NCBI RefSeq assembly: GCF_964204645.1
Contig: NC_134032.1
Span: 11,334,275 to 11,398,274, forward strand
Source: Tubulanus polymorphus
Taxonomy: Eukaryota > Animalia > Nemertea
DNA: 64,000 bases
Direction of reading: 5' to 3'
Every line of letters begins with the position of its first letter. Positions within the stretch are counted from its first letter, which is position 1. Made by a program: the position numbers and the translations under genes. Positions 37,644-50,600 of the stretch are shown piece after piece. Under the pieces are notes generated by a model. That model had not been told where the DNA came from. It worked only from the letters and a program-made list of their open reading frames with translations, and ran no database searches.

Positions 37644-40600
37644 ATGGAGCCTGCCAAACAAACAGATGCAGAATTGAAGACAGGTGACTATGAAATATTG
37701 CTGTATTAAACCTAAGAAATGTATTTAAACGCACTTAAAATTGGCAGAATACGTAATTTTGTGTACAGGCCTATGAGTGGTAAATATATTAGGCTTACAT
37801 TTAATGACATATCCCAGTAACGCTGCATTTCACCAAAAGCGGCCTTAGAAATTAATCATTGTGCATTTCCCCAGACCTAGCCTTTAACTGGAATTGTTTA
37901 TTTAGGAAATCCAATAAAATAATTACTTACCCCTTTAATTTCCCCAATTACAATAGACAATTTATTAAATATGTTTTTTGATAACGTGAAATGTAATTGA
38001 AAACCGTTGAGGAAAATTCATTCATTTTGGAGTTGAATATTTAATTGATCTTCAAGACGTATCTTAAGGTTATAGGCCTAACGATGATTTTTTTCAGATT
38101 TGAATAAGATGCTGGATTTTTGGATCGGAAAATTAGAGTGTAACGGCGACGCTGTTAAACAACACGAATTCAAACGAAAATTCATCAGAAAACTTCGCAA
38201 CGCCGACATCGCCATCGAAACTGATACAGCCAATGATCAGCATTATCAAGTACCGACGAAATATTTCAAAGAGGTCAATCGAAAAAAATGTCATCTTATG
38301 CTTAATCCGTAACGTCCATAAGCAATGGAGCAATGATAAAATCTTCGAGACAGCTAAAATTTTATATTTAAATCTATATATTTTAAGGGGGAATTTTACA
38401 TCGTTTTTCATATGGTTTTGACGCGTGTTATTTGTATATACTGTTCAGCAGTACATGGCGTAAGCCGCTACATATAAGGAGGCATTTGAACGCGTTTGTA
38501 TACGCAAACATTCGTTAAAAATCCTCATGCGTACTGCACTCTGGAATCGCACTATTGTGAATGTACGAATTCAAAAAGCAGGCCAAAGTGCGTGAATGTA
38601 CGGGTTAATCAGAGTTCGCTATATCTTAACACTTTCCAGCTACACAAAGGGTTATGCTAAGCAAATAAATATGTATATATTACTTAGATTTAGGTCACTG
38701 TTATATCAGATAAATCATTTCCTACGAATATCGATAAAAATTTGATTCGTATAAAGGTCACTGTTATATCAGATAAATCATTTCCTACGAATATCGATAA
38801 AAATTTGATTCGTATAAATCAAGAAATTTTGAAAAAAATTGTTACATACATTTTCTGTTGAGGTACCGGTTTTCATTCACAGAAAAAAACAATTTGTTTT
38901 ATCTGGAATTCGGGGAAATCCCGCAATACAGGAAGGAATACGAGTAATTGAACTCGTAGTTTTAACTCAACGTTTCGGCTATACCCTATAATACTAACCC
39001 TATTGCAATATTGCTCGTTTTGTAGATTTTAGGTAAACGCATGAAATACAGCAGCTGCGTTTGGCCGGACAATTCCAATTCTTTAGAAGAAGGTGAGAGG
39101 TGATGCGGCCTTTATATCTCGCATAGAAAAATTAATATCTTTTCCAATACTTTACTACAAAAGATTGAAAAGATTCAGAAAATTGTGTGAAGTAAATTGA
39201 TATTTCCTTAATTCCTTCAGCTGAGGATTATTCTTTGAGTATTATTTGTAAAAGGGCTCAAGTCGAAGATGGCCAAACTATCATGGTGAGTATAGGTATT
39301 CAAGAGAAAGAAAAATAACTTGTTTTTTTTAGTCAGTAGTCTACAGAATTCAAGACTTTGACCAGCTTTCAGTGGTTAATTAGATCGGCTATAAGAACGA
39401 AAATCGATTCAAACATGTCTTTTAGTAAATTGTTTAAGTTATACGTACATAGGATTAAAATGAGCTTGACTTGTCTTAAGTTGTTCGTTTGGCTATAGAA
39501 CCAAAATTACCTCAAATTCGTTGAGTATTATTTGTAAAAGGCTCAAACTATCATGGTGAGTAAAGGTAATCAAGAAAAAGAAAAATAACTTGGTTTTTTA
39601 GTCAGTAGTCTACAGAATTCAAGACTTTGATCAGCTTTCAGTGGTTAATTAGATCGGTTATAAGAACGAAAATGGATTCAAACATGTCTTTTAGTAAATT
39701 GTTTAAGTTATACGTACATAGGATCAAAATGAGCTTGACTTGTCTTAAGTTGTTCGTTTGGCTATAGAACCAAAATTACCTCAAATTCTTTGAGTATTAT
39801 TTGTAAAAGGGCTCAAATTATCATGGTGAGTATAGGTAATCAAGAAAAAGAAAAATAACTTGGTTTTTTAGTCAGTAGTCTACAGAATTCAAGACTTTGA
39901 CCAGCTTTCAGTGGTTAATTAGATCGGCTATAAGAACGAAAATGGATTCAAACATGTCTTTTAGTAAATTGTTTAAGTTATACGTACATAGAACCACAAT
40001 GAGCTTGGCTTGTCTTAAGTTGTTCGTTTGGCTATTGAACCAGAATGACCTCAAACTCTTTCTTGATCGTTTTTGATCTAAAATCGAAATCGATCTGCGC
40101 CACCGGCTCCGAGTGTTCATAAACATTGTTCCCACTACTATTTTAGAAAGTCCAAAATCACGCTCTCTGTTTTATAGGATCTCGGATGTGGCTGGGGAGC
40201 GACTGGTTTGTACATATGCGAGAAATACCCGAACTGTAAAGTCGTATTCGTGTCGAATTCGGAAACTCAACACGATTATATCATCGACGAGGCCAAACGT
40301 CTCGGATTCGACGACCGCATCGAACACATCAAAGCAAACGCGAACACGTTCGACACGGAGAAGAAATTCGATCGAGTCATTTCCATCGAAATGTTTGAGG
40401 TATTCGCGTTGAATATTTAAAGGCTGCAAATCATGAATTTCACACTAATCCCACTAGCCATTGAGCGCGGTTAATTATCATTTTATTAAGATTTTCATCA
40501 ATTATAACCATCATTGAATCTACTATTTGATTTTGTTTCTAAAAAAGATTTGTTTACATGTATCACGGTCATAGCTTTCATTTACAAAATATAAAAAATG

Positions 40601-42600
40601 TTTGCGAATAGTTGAGAGTATTTCCTGTACCTCGAATGTGATTTTCAAATAAACTCTGACTATGGGTGGAGACGCTTAGAAAAATACAATAACAGTGGTT
40701 TAAATTGATATCGTGGGTTTTCGCTCAACAAAATTAAATTTGAGTTTTAACAATCTTTCTAGTCCGAGTGTTTCCTGTCTGTTGTTTTAGATATGTAATA
40801 TTTCGATAACTATCAATTCACATAAAAACTAATTATCATGTATCTCGTGTGAATACTCTGTTTTGTATACGAGGGAAAAAACCAAAATGATTCAGCCAAA
40901 AATGCGAAGTCCTTGAATAGAGGTGTATATACACAATATACATTGAATGGAAGTGTATATTTCGAGAAACGTCTCGGCTAAAGCCCAACGCACACGGCAA
41001 AACATTTGTTTCACCAAAACAGAAAACACGTTTTTCAGAAAACGTTTTTTGCTCGTGAAAAACGTTTTTCAGTTCGGCGTTTTTTGTTTTGCCTCCCCCG
41101 CACACGGCATAACAAAAAAACATCGAAAACGTTTTTTTCACGAGGAAAAAAGGTTTTTTCGGTGCCGTGTGCGTTGGGCTTAAGACTTAGCCGTCATCAG
41201 TCGTACTCGTGGTGGCTTATATAGTCTTTAGCCGAAACGTTGCTAAAATGTATACATTTTTGGCTGATTGACTGTGTGATTGCTTTTGTATATTCATCTT
41301 ACACGGATGGTTGCGTATATCTTCACGACTTACTCTTTATTTTTGTAGCATATGAAGAACTACGACCGACTTTTGGCGAAAATCAGTTCGTGGTTGAAAC
41401 CGGACGGTTTGCTACTGACGCAGATTCTCTGCCATCTTCGATTCCCGTATAATTTCGACGCGTCGAAAGATAAGGACACGGAATGGATGGCTCGTAATTT
41501 CTTCGCCGGGGGTACCATGCCGTCTGCTGACCTGTTTCTCTATTTTCAGGTCGGTTTTCTCTGATATCTTCGAACAAAAATTTCCGCCATTTCACAACCT
41601 TCTTATCGTTAATGAATTCCACGATTCAGTAAAGATTTTGAATACTCCTCAGTCATATCTATCAAATCCGCGCCCAAGTTGGTAAATTTTACAAATATTC
41701 CTCTGTTGGAAAGACAAAAAAATTTCCACGTTTCTCAACTCTCATCAGGCCAGGGTCCAGGAGGTGCTTAGGGTGCTACAGCAACCCCTTTGACACTTTC
41801 CTTCGTATTATTCGTTTTCAGTTTTCCAATAGTAAATTAACACGTACAAGGTAACATTTGGATATATGAGATGATCAAGATAATCAAGCAGTGCCTAAAG
41901 ACGCATGGGCGTCCCTAGGGGGGGGGGGATGGGATTCGGTAGTTCGAACGAATCCCCTTTTTGAATTTTCAAACGTCGGCACATGGTTTGCATTAGCTAA
42001 ATTAGAAAAAATCGACACGGAAAGTAAACGGGAACCAATCTACCAGAACGCGCCTGCTTCAACAGAATTTTCAAAAATTTTCTGCTCATCCCCTTCTATT
42101 CCTAGATGCGAACTACCCCCCCCCCCCCAAAAAAAAAAAAATATCTGGGGTTCTGAATGCATGACAAAACAGACGTCGAATTTTACAAATATTTCTAGGG
42201 GATGACCCACCAGAGCACCCCCCTCTTTTGAAAATCCTGGATTTGCCCCTTGTTTACGTCGGTCCTAATCGAACTATAGTTAAGGAAAACCTTCGTTTCA
42301 TTATCTGGTCATCTTTAATTCGATATTTCTTTTCTAATTCAGGACGACATGATAGTCACGGATCAGTGGCTCGTAAACGGAAAAGACTACAGCAAAACTC
42401 TGTACACGTGGCTCGAACGACTCGACGCCAAGCGAGAAAAAGTTCACGAGATTTTCATCGAGTTTTACGGAGCCGACAAAGCGGACGAAATGCTCGCTAA
42501 TTGGAGAATGTTTTTCATTTACTGCGGCGAAGTTTTTAGATACCGCGACGGTAACGATTGGTTGACGGCATTTCATTTGTTCAAAAAACGAAACTGCTAA
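37644..42600 (+). CDS. SAM-dependent methyltransferase, (S)-coclaurine N-methyltransferase-like / CMAS (cyclopropane fatty acyl synthase) family, 342 aa, 7 exons
   Basis: join(37644..37683,38098..38273,39026..39092,39221..39285,40178..40399,41349..41549,42343..42600) = 1029 nt, all GT-AG and in phase. Family motifs: IAIETDTANDQHYQVP, LGKRMKYSSC, DLGCGWG (SAM motif I), VSNS.TQ, FDRVISIEMFEHMKNY, WMARNFFAGGTMPS, W.VNGKDYSKTL..WL, WRMFFIYCGEVF. Exon 1 is the least certain. Confidence 0.9.
38693..38818. repeat. Perfect ~63-bp tandem duplication in methyltransferase intron 2
   Basis: aggtcactgttatatcagataaatcatttcctacgaatatcgataaaaatttgattcgtataa occurs twice. Confidence 0.9.
39231..40060 (+). 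repeat. Three tandem 270-bp units spanning the 3' part of methyltransferase exon 4 and its donor site
   Basis: atcatg|gtgagt recurs with GT at 39286, 39556 and 39826. Confidence 0.92.
40982..41180. mobile_element. Tourist/PIF-Harbinger-like MITE (199 bp) in methyltransferase intron 5
   Basis: Perfect 18-bp TIR AGCCCAACGCACACGGCA and TAA TSD (40979-40981, 41181-41183). Confidence 0.85.
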
Positions 42601-42823
42601 AACCTGAATCGGGGGCAGACGCATTTTTCCTGTTGATTGATGACAACACATGATCTCGAATTTTTGTAAAAAAAAGAAATAGTATTCAGACTTAAGAATG
42701 GTAGAATGTACAAAATATATACTTAGATTTGCAGTCTCCGATGAAACAGATTTAGGGACAGGCGCTCACCTCAAAAATCATCTTGTATGGCAGCCATTCT
42801 ACTTATATTATAAATCGCAGATT

Positions 42824-42829
42824 AATAAA
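42824..42829 (+). terminator. Candidate polyadenylation signal of the methyltransferase gene
   Basis: AATAAA about 225 nt after the stop codon, followed by a T/GT-rich stretch. Confidence 0.45.
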
Positions 42830-44590
42830 ATCGTTTTTCCATCGTAGATTCTTTCTGTTGGTCTTAATCTTTATTTACAAGTGGGGAACTGGTTCACAGT
42901 GAAATATCAAATCGAATACTAGATCCAGAAACCGAAAGATTCCTAGGTCCGGTTTCATTTTGACGCAAGTCCGAACGTGTCAGATTGGCTAGAGAACTAC
43001 GTTAGCCTGAAACTGGTCTTAAGCAAGCGTGGATTCAAACGGTATAGCACCGTAGGCACGTGCCACTGTCGCGAAAATGTCCTGCCCTTTTTTCATTTCT
43101 TTTCATTCCCAAAATCAAAAGGGCACTTTTGTAGTCGTCTATATCAATCCAAAAAAGTAGAAAAGGGTACATTTTTACGACGAATAATGTTCAACAAAAA
43201 GGTTCGCCATTCTTCATCTTTATTGCCTGGAAACTACATCTCAATGCAGAAAATTGTCAATGTCAGAAAAGTAATTTGTAACAAGACTTCATTTATTGCT
43301 TGGAAATTGCAATAAAAAGCAGTAAATTTTTTCAAAGTTTTCTCGGGGTGCCGGGTATGCCCATTTTTCTAAGTTGTACTACGCTCAACATTGGTCCCTT
43401 GATCGCCCCCGTTAACTCTAAGCCCTAGCGATGAAACCGGCCCCCCCGCGGCTTACTCGGTTCAACTCAAATTCTATCATCTCATCTTCATATCCAATCT
43501 TTAGAATTAGAGAAATACATCAAAGAATCGTATTTCATCTTGCCTACACACGAAGATTTAATCAGGCAATTAAATTGATATAGATTGTAGACGAATGTTT
43601 AATTGAATTCGGTATCTTTTGGTTAATTGATTTGGAGTAGGAATTTTTACCAATTAGCAGAAACAGTAACTCGCATTATGAGAAATCATCGGTGAAATAC
43701 AAGACAAACTTTCTTTTCAGAAACACTTTTTAACATCTGGTAAAACTTCACCGAAAATTCTACAATTTGGTTCTTATATCGAATCTTTTTCCCGTTCTAT
43801 TGACGTCGTTCGCAATAAAAATATCCGATATTCGTCTCCGTTTTTCAAACCGTTTTTACGGTTCGACTGTTCCGTTAATTTTTTTGTCTGATTTATGAAT
43901 CTAAAAAAGGTTTTTTAATATTATATATACGACATTTTGCCCGACGATCAATACATCAACGACTCGGGATTCAAAGCATCTTTCATCTTCGAGTGTCATC
44001 TCTGGTGTCAGGGGAATGAGGATGCCTGTTCGTCTTCCAGTCGTTTCGTTACTGTTGGTTCTACGATTCAGGGCAGGGCACTACGACCACGCTGATTTCT
44101 TCGATTCAAATGTCCGTGGCGACACCAACTCCTTCGATATTTTTCGACTCTTTGCGGTTCGTGTTTCGCAAATCTTCGTTCGCTTTGCACGCCACAGCGT
44201 CGCCGTGTTGCCATACCTACGGGTATATATCACAGTTGTGGCGTATGCGAACAGTAGGCAATAGGTGGATGTTCGGCATATCCACCATTTCCTGTGGTAT
44301 CCTACATTTATCAATTCACTAGCATATCAAACATATAGCGGAGTGCTCAAGATAAATGTCCTGCACACATGCGATAATTGAGAAGACGGCATAATCACGT
44401 GCTGGTCATTGTATTCTTTTCGTTTTGATATTGCGAGTCATGGAAACGGTTATTAGCGAAAAGATTTATCGTAAAGCTCGTTATTCAGCAGACTACTAAC
44501 TATACAATTGCAGAACGTGTATAAGGCGAATGAGTTTACTAACAAAAACAGTTTTAAATACAAAAAGGTAAAACAGATTTTGACACATGA

Positions 44591-44596
44591 TTTATT
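44591..44596 (-). terminator. Candidate polyadenylation signal of the mucin-like gene
   Basis: AATAAA on the minus strand 15 nt after the TAA stop. Confidence 0.4.
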
Positions 44597-44611
44597 GAAA
44601 TCAGGTCTAAA

Positions 44612-47600
44612 TTACATGAAAAACCGTTGCAAGAGCTCCATAAATTCCTTTGGATTAAGGTTTTGGCTCGACTTGGTACTCGTTGCCTTCTTCACAGAGG
44701 ATGTCGTAGTTTTACTAGATCTCCGTGTAGTCGAAGAGACAAGAGGCAATGTTGATGCCAATGTTGAAGTTGCTGGTACATTTTTAGAAGACTGTGAATT
44801 GCTGGATAAAGAAGCCGGTGGTGTTGTGGGAGTAGAAGTTGGCCTCTTCCTATCCAGGAATGGTTTGGTTACATTGTCCAAACATGGCAAAATCTTTTCA
44901 CGCAATGTTTTATTTTTTTTCAGATATTGCAAGAAGGATGCGACTTTGTTCACCAACTGTTTTTGTTTTTCCTTGTGTTGATTGGCTGGTGGTCTAGTAC
45001 TAGTCAGGTTGACATTAATTCGTGACTTAATACTCAGACGTCCACGAAGTGTTTGAAAGACATTTTTCTGCTTGGGAGGCACTGTAGCATTAGGAGTGGA
45101 ATTACCAGTTACCATTAGAGGTGCTGTGCCATTGCGCGTACGGGGAGGTGGTTTGCTAGAAGTTGCCATAAAAGGTGCTGTGCGTGTTGTTCTAGTTTTT
45201 GTCAGTGTACTGCGAGGTGTTGTCCCAGTGGTTGTTCTGCTAGGTTTTGAACTAAAAGTGGTCCTGGCAGGTAGTGTACCACTGGCCGTACCATTAGGTG
45301 TCATACCACTGGTTGCCATGGGCGATGTTGTACCAGTGGTTGTCCTGGAAGGAGCTGTACCAGTGATTTTTCTGGGAGGTGATGTATCAGTTGCTGAACT
45401 GTGAGGTGTTTTGTTCCTTGTAGTAATGTAATTTATTGTGCCAGTGGGTGCATTGTTAGATGCTGAACCAGTAGTTGTTTGGTAAGGTGTTGTACTAGTA
45501 GTTGTCATAGGAGGTGCAGTACCAACTGTTGAACTGTAAGGTATTGTAGCAGTCATTGTTTTGGGAGGTGCTGTTTCTGTGCTTGTCCTGTTATCTGTTG
45601 TATCGGTGGTTACGTTAGGAGGTGTTGAACCAGAAGTTGTTTTATTAGGTGCTGTGCCACTGGGAAATCTGCTGGTTGTTGTACTAGTAGTCATCATGGA
45701 ATGTCTTGTAACAGTGGTTGTCTTGGGTGGATTTGTACTGTTCGTTTTCCTGGTAAGTGCTGTGCCAGTGGTTGTATTGTTAGATGCTGTTCCAATGGAT
45801 GTCATATGAGGTGTCGAACTGATGGTTGTCCTGGAAGTTTCAGTACCAGTAGTTGGATGTTTAGGTGCTCTCATTGGAGGCGCGGAAACAGTGGTTGTCC
45901 TATTAGCTAATGTACCAGTGGTTGACATAGGAGGTGCAGACCCAGTCATTGTAGTGGTAGGTATTGAGCCATTGGTTGCCCTGGGAGGTGCTGTACCAAT
46001 AGTTGTCCTGGGAGGTGCTGTACCGGTGGTTGTCCTTGGAGATATTGAACTGGTGGTTATGTTGTTAGATGCTATACTTGTAGTTGTCATGGGGGCTGTA
46101 CCAGTAGTTATATTGTTGTATGCTGTACCGGTGGTTGACCTTGGAGATACTGTACCGGTGGTTATATTGTTAGATGCTGTACCGGTGCTTATATCGTTAG
46201 ATGCTGCACTGGTGGTTGTCCTTGGAGATGCTATACTGGATGTTATATTGTTAGATGCTGTACCGGTGGTTGTCCTGAGAGGCGCTGAACCGTTGGTTAT
46301 ATTGTAAGAAGCTGTACCGTTGGTTGTCCTTTGAGGTGCTGTGCCGGTGGTTATATTGTTAGATGCTGTACCGGTGGTTATATTGTGAGGTGCTGTACCG
46401 GTGGTTTTATTGTTAGATGCTGTGCCGGTGGTCGTCCACGGAGGTGCTTTACCAGTGGTTATATTGTTAGATGCTGTACCGGTAGTTGTCATTGGAGGTG
46501 CTGTACCGGTGGTTTTATTGTAAGATGCTGTACCGGTGGTTATATTGTGAGGTGCTGTACCGGTGGTTTTATTGTTAGATGCTGTACCGGTGGTCGTCCA
46601 CGGAGGTGCTTTACCAGTGGTTATATTGTTAGATGCTGTACCGGTAGTTGTCCTTGGAGGTGCTGTACCGGTGGTTAAATTGTTAGATGCTGTACCGGTG
46701 GTTGTCCTGGGAGATGCTGCACCAGTAGATACTCTTGGAGATGCTGTTCTGGTAGTTGTATTGTTAGGTGCTGTACCAGTGGTTATTTCGGGAGGTGCTG
46801 TACTAATTGATGTCCTAGGAAGTGTTGAACCAAAAGTTGTTTTGCTCCGTGTTGTATCAGTGGTCATCCTGGGACGTATGGTACCACTGGTTGTCATGGC
46901 AGGTGCTATACCGGTGGTTGTCCTTGGAGATATGGTACTGGTGGTTATGTTGTTAGATCCTATACTTGTAGTTGTCCTGGGAGCTGTACCAGTGGTTATA
47001 TTGTGGTATGCTGTACCGGTGGTTGTCCTTGGAGATATTGTACTGGTGGTTATGTTGTTAGATGCTATACTTGTAGTTATCCCGGGAGCTGTACCAGTGG
47101 TTATATTGTGGTATGCTGTACCGGTGGTTGACCTTGGAGATATTGTACCGGTGGTTATATTGTTAAATGCTGTACCGGTGCTTATATCGTTAGATGCTGC
47201 ACTAGTAGTTGTCCTTGGAGATGCTATACTGGTGGTTATATTGTTAGATGCTGTACCGGTGGTTGTCCTGGGAGGCGCTGAACCGTTGGGTATATTGTAA
47301 GATGATGTACCGGTGGTTGTATTAAGAGATGCTGTGCCGGTGGTTATATTGTTAGATGCTGTACCGGTGGTTGTCCTTGGAGGTGCTGTGCCGGTGGTTA
47401 TATTGTTAGATGCTGTACCGGTGGTTGTCTTGGGAGGCGCTGAACCATTGGTTATATTGTAAGAAGCTGTACCGGTGGTTGTCCTTGGAGGTGCTGTGCC
47501 GGGGGTTATATTGTTAGATGCTGTACCGGTGGTTGTCCTTGGAGGTGCTGTGCCGGTGGTTATATTGTTAGATACTGTACCGGTGGTTGTCCTTGGAGGC

Positions 47601-50600
47601 GCTGAACCGTTGCTTATATTGTAAGATGCTGTACCGGTGGTTGTATTAAGAAATGCTGTGCCGGTGGTTATGTTGTGAGATGCTTGACCAGTGGTTGTCC
47701 TTGGAGGTGCTGTGCCGGTGGTTATATTGTTAGATGCTGTACCGGTGGTTGTCCTTGGAGGTAATGTGCCGGTGGTTAAATTGTGAGGTGCTGTACCGGT
47801 GGTTTTATTTTTAGATGCTGTGCCGGTAGTTATATTGTTAGATGCTGTACCGGTGGTTGTCCTTGGAGGTGCTGTGCCGGTGGTTAAATTGTTAGATGCT
47901 GTACCGGTGGTTGTCCTGGGAGGTGCTGTACCGGTGGTTAAATTGTTAGATGCTATACTTGTAGTTGTCCTGGGAGCTGTATCAGTAGTTATATTGTTGT
48001 ATGCTGTACCGGTGGTTGACCTTGGAGATACTGTACCGGTGGTAATATTGTGAGGTGCTGTACCGGTGGTTTTATTTTTAGATGCTGTACCGGTAGTTGT
48101 CCTTGGAGGTGCTGTGCCGGTAGTTATATTGTTAGATGCTGTACCGGTGGTTGTCCTTGGAGGTGCTGTGCCGGTGGTAATATTGTGAGGTGCTGTACCG
48201 GTGGTTTTATTTTTAGATGCTGTACCGGTAGTTGTCCTTGGAGGTGCTGTGCCGGTAGTTATATTGTTAGATGCTGTACCGGTGGTTGTCCTGGGAGGCG
48301 CTGAACCGTTGGTTATATTGTAAGAAGCTGTACCGGTGGTTGACCTTGGAGATACTGTACCGGTGGTTATATTGTTAGAAGCTGTACCGGTGCTTATATC
48401 GTCAGATGCTGCACTGGTGGTTGTCCTTGGAGATGCTATACTGGTAGTTATATTGTTAGATGCTGTACCGGTGGTTGTCCTGGGAGGCGCTGAACCGTTG
48501 GTTATATTGTAAGAAGCTGTACCGGTGGTTGTCCTTGGAGATGCTGTGCCGGTGGTTATATTGTTAGATGCTGTACCGGTGGTTGTCCTGGGAGGCGCTG
48601 AACCGTTGGTTATATTGTAAGAAGCTGTACCGGTGGTTGTCCTGGGAGGCGCTGAACCATTGGTTATATTGTAAGAAGCTGTACCGTTGGTTGTCCTTGG
48701 AGATACTATACCGGTGGTTATATTGTTAGAAGCTGTACCGGTGGTTGTCCTTGGAGGTGCTGTGCCGGTAGTTATATTGTTAGATGCTGTACCGTTGGTT
48801 GTCCTGGGAGGTGCTGTACCGGTGGTTGAATTGTTAGATGCTGTACTGGTGGTTGTGCTGGGAGATTCTGTACCAGTAGATACCCTTGGAGATGATGTAC
48901 TGGTAGTTGTATTGTTAGATGCTGTACCAGTGGATGTCCTGGGAGGTGCCGAACTGTTGGTTATATTGTAAGAAGCTGTACCGTTGGTTGTCCTTGGAGG
49001 AACTGTGCCGGTGGTTATATTGTTAGATGCTGTACCGTTGGTTGTCCTTGGAGGTGCTGTGCCGGTGGTTATATTGTAAGAAGCTGTACCGTTGGTTGTC
49101 CTTGGAGGAACTGTGCCGGTGGTTATATTGTTAGATGCTGTACCGTTGGTTGTCCTTGGAGGTGCTGTGCCGGTGGTTATATTGTAAGAAGCTGTACCGT
49201 TGGTTGTCCTTGGAGGTACTGTGCCGGTGGTTATATTGTTAGATGCTGTACCGATGGTTTTCCTTGGAGGTGCTGTGCCGGTGGTTATATTGTAAGATGC
49301 TGTACCGGTGGTTATATTGTGAGGTGCTGTCCCGGTGGTTTTATTGTTAGATGGAGATGATGTACTGGTAGTTGTATTGTTAGATGCTGTACCAGTGGTT
49401 GTCTTTGGAGGCGCTGTACCGGTGGTTATATTGTTAGATGCTGTACCGGTGGTTGTCCTGGGAGGTGCCGAACCGTTGGTTATATTGTAAGAAGCTGTAC
49501 CGTTGGTTGGACTTGGAGGTACTGTGCCGGTGGTTATATTGTTAGATGCTGTACCGGTGGTTGTCCTTGGAGGTGCTGTGCCGGTGGTTATATTGTAAGA
49601 TACTGTACCGGTGGTTATATTGTGAGGTGCTGTCCCGGTGGTTTTATTGTTAGATGCTGTACCGGTGGTTGTCCTTGGAGGTGCTGTGCCGGTAGTTATA
49701 TTGTTAGATGCTGTACCGTTGGTTGTCCTGGGAGGTGCTGTACCGGTGGTTAAGTTGTTAGATGCTGTACCGTTGGTTGTCCTGGGAGGTGCTGTACCGG
49801 TGGTTAAATTGTTAGATGCTATACTTGTAGTTGTCCTGGGAGCTGTATCAGTAGTTATATTGTTGTATGCTGTACCGGTGGTTGACCTTGGAGATACTGT
49901 ACCGGTGGTTATATTGTTATAAGCTGTACCGGTGCTTATATCGTCAGATGCTGCACTGGTGGTTGTCCTTGGAGATGCTATACTGGTGGTTATATTGTTA
50001 GATGCTGTACCGGTGGTTGTCCTGGGAGGCGCTGAACCGTTGGTTATATTGTAAGAAGCTGTACCGGTGGTTCTCCTTGGAGGTGCTGTGCCGGTGGTTA
50101 TATTGTTAGATGCTGTACCGGTGGTTGTCCTGGGAGGCGCTGAACCGTTGGTTATATTGTAAGAAGCTGTACCGTTGGTTGTCCTTGGAGATACTGTACC
50201 GGTGGTTATATTGTTAGAAGCTGTACCGGTGCTTATATCGTTAGATGCTGCACTGGTGGTTGTCCTTGGAGGTGCTGTGCCGGTGGTTATATTGTAAGAT
50301 GCTGTACCGGTAGTTATATTGTTAGATGCTGTACCGGTGGTTGTCCTGGGAGGCGCTGAACCGTTGGTTATATTGTAAGAAGCTGTACCGGTGGTTCTCC
50401 TTGGAGGTGCTATGCCGGTGGTTATATTGTTAGATGCTGTACCGGTGGTTGTCCTGGGAGGCGCTGAACCGTTGGTTATATTGTAAGAAGCTGTACCGTT
50501 GGTTGTCCTTGGAGATACTGTACCGGTGGTTATATTGTTAGAAGCTGTACCGGTGCTTATATCGTTAGATGCTGCACTGGTGGTTGTCCTTGGAGGTGCT

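Noticed and set aside
37644-42600. Bacterial contamination or very recent HGT as the source of the CMAS-family gene
   Set aside because: Six canonical spliceosomal introns, some containing host MITEs; ancient HGT remains untested.
43930-44330. Coding-like GC-balanced patch between the converging methyltransferase and mucin genes
   Set aside because: The frames I translated by hand hit stops and showed no recognisable motif; a decayed exon cannot be excluded.
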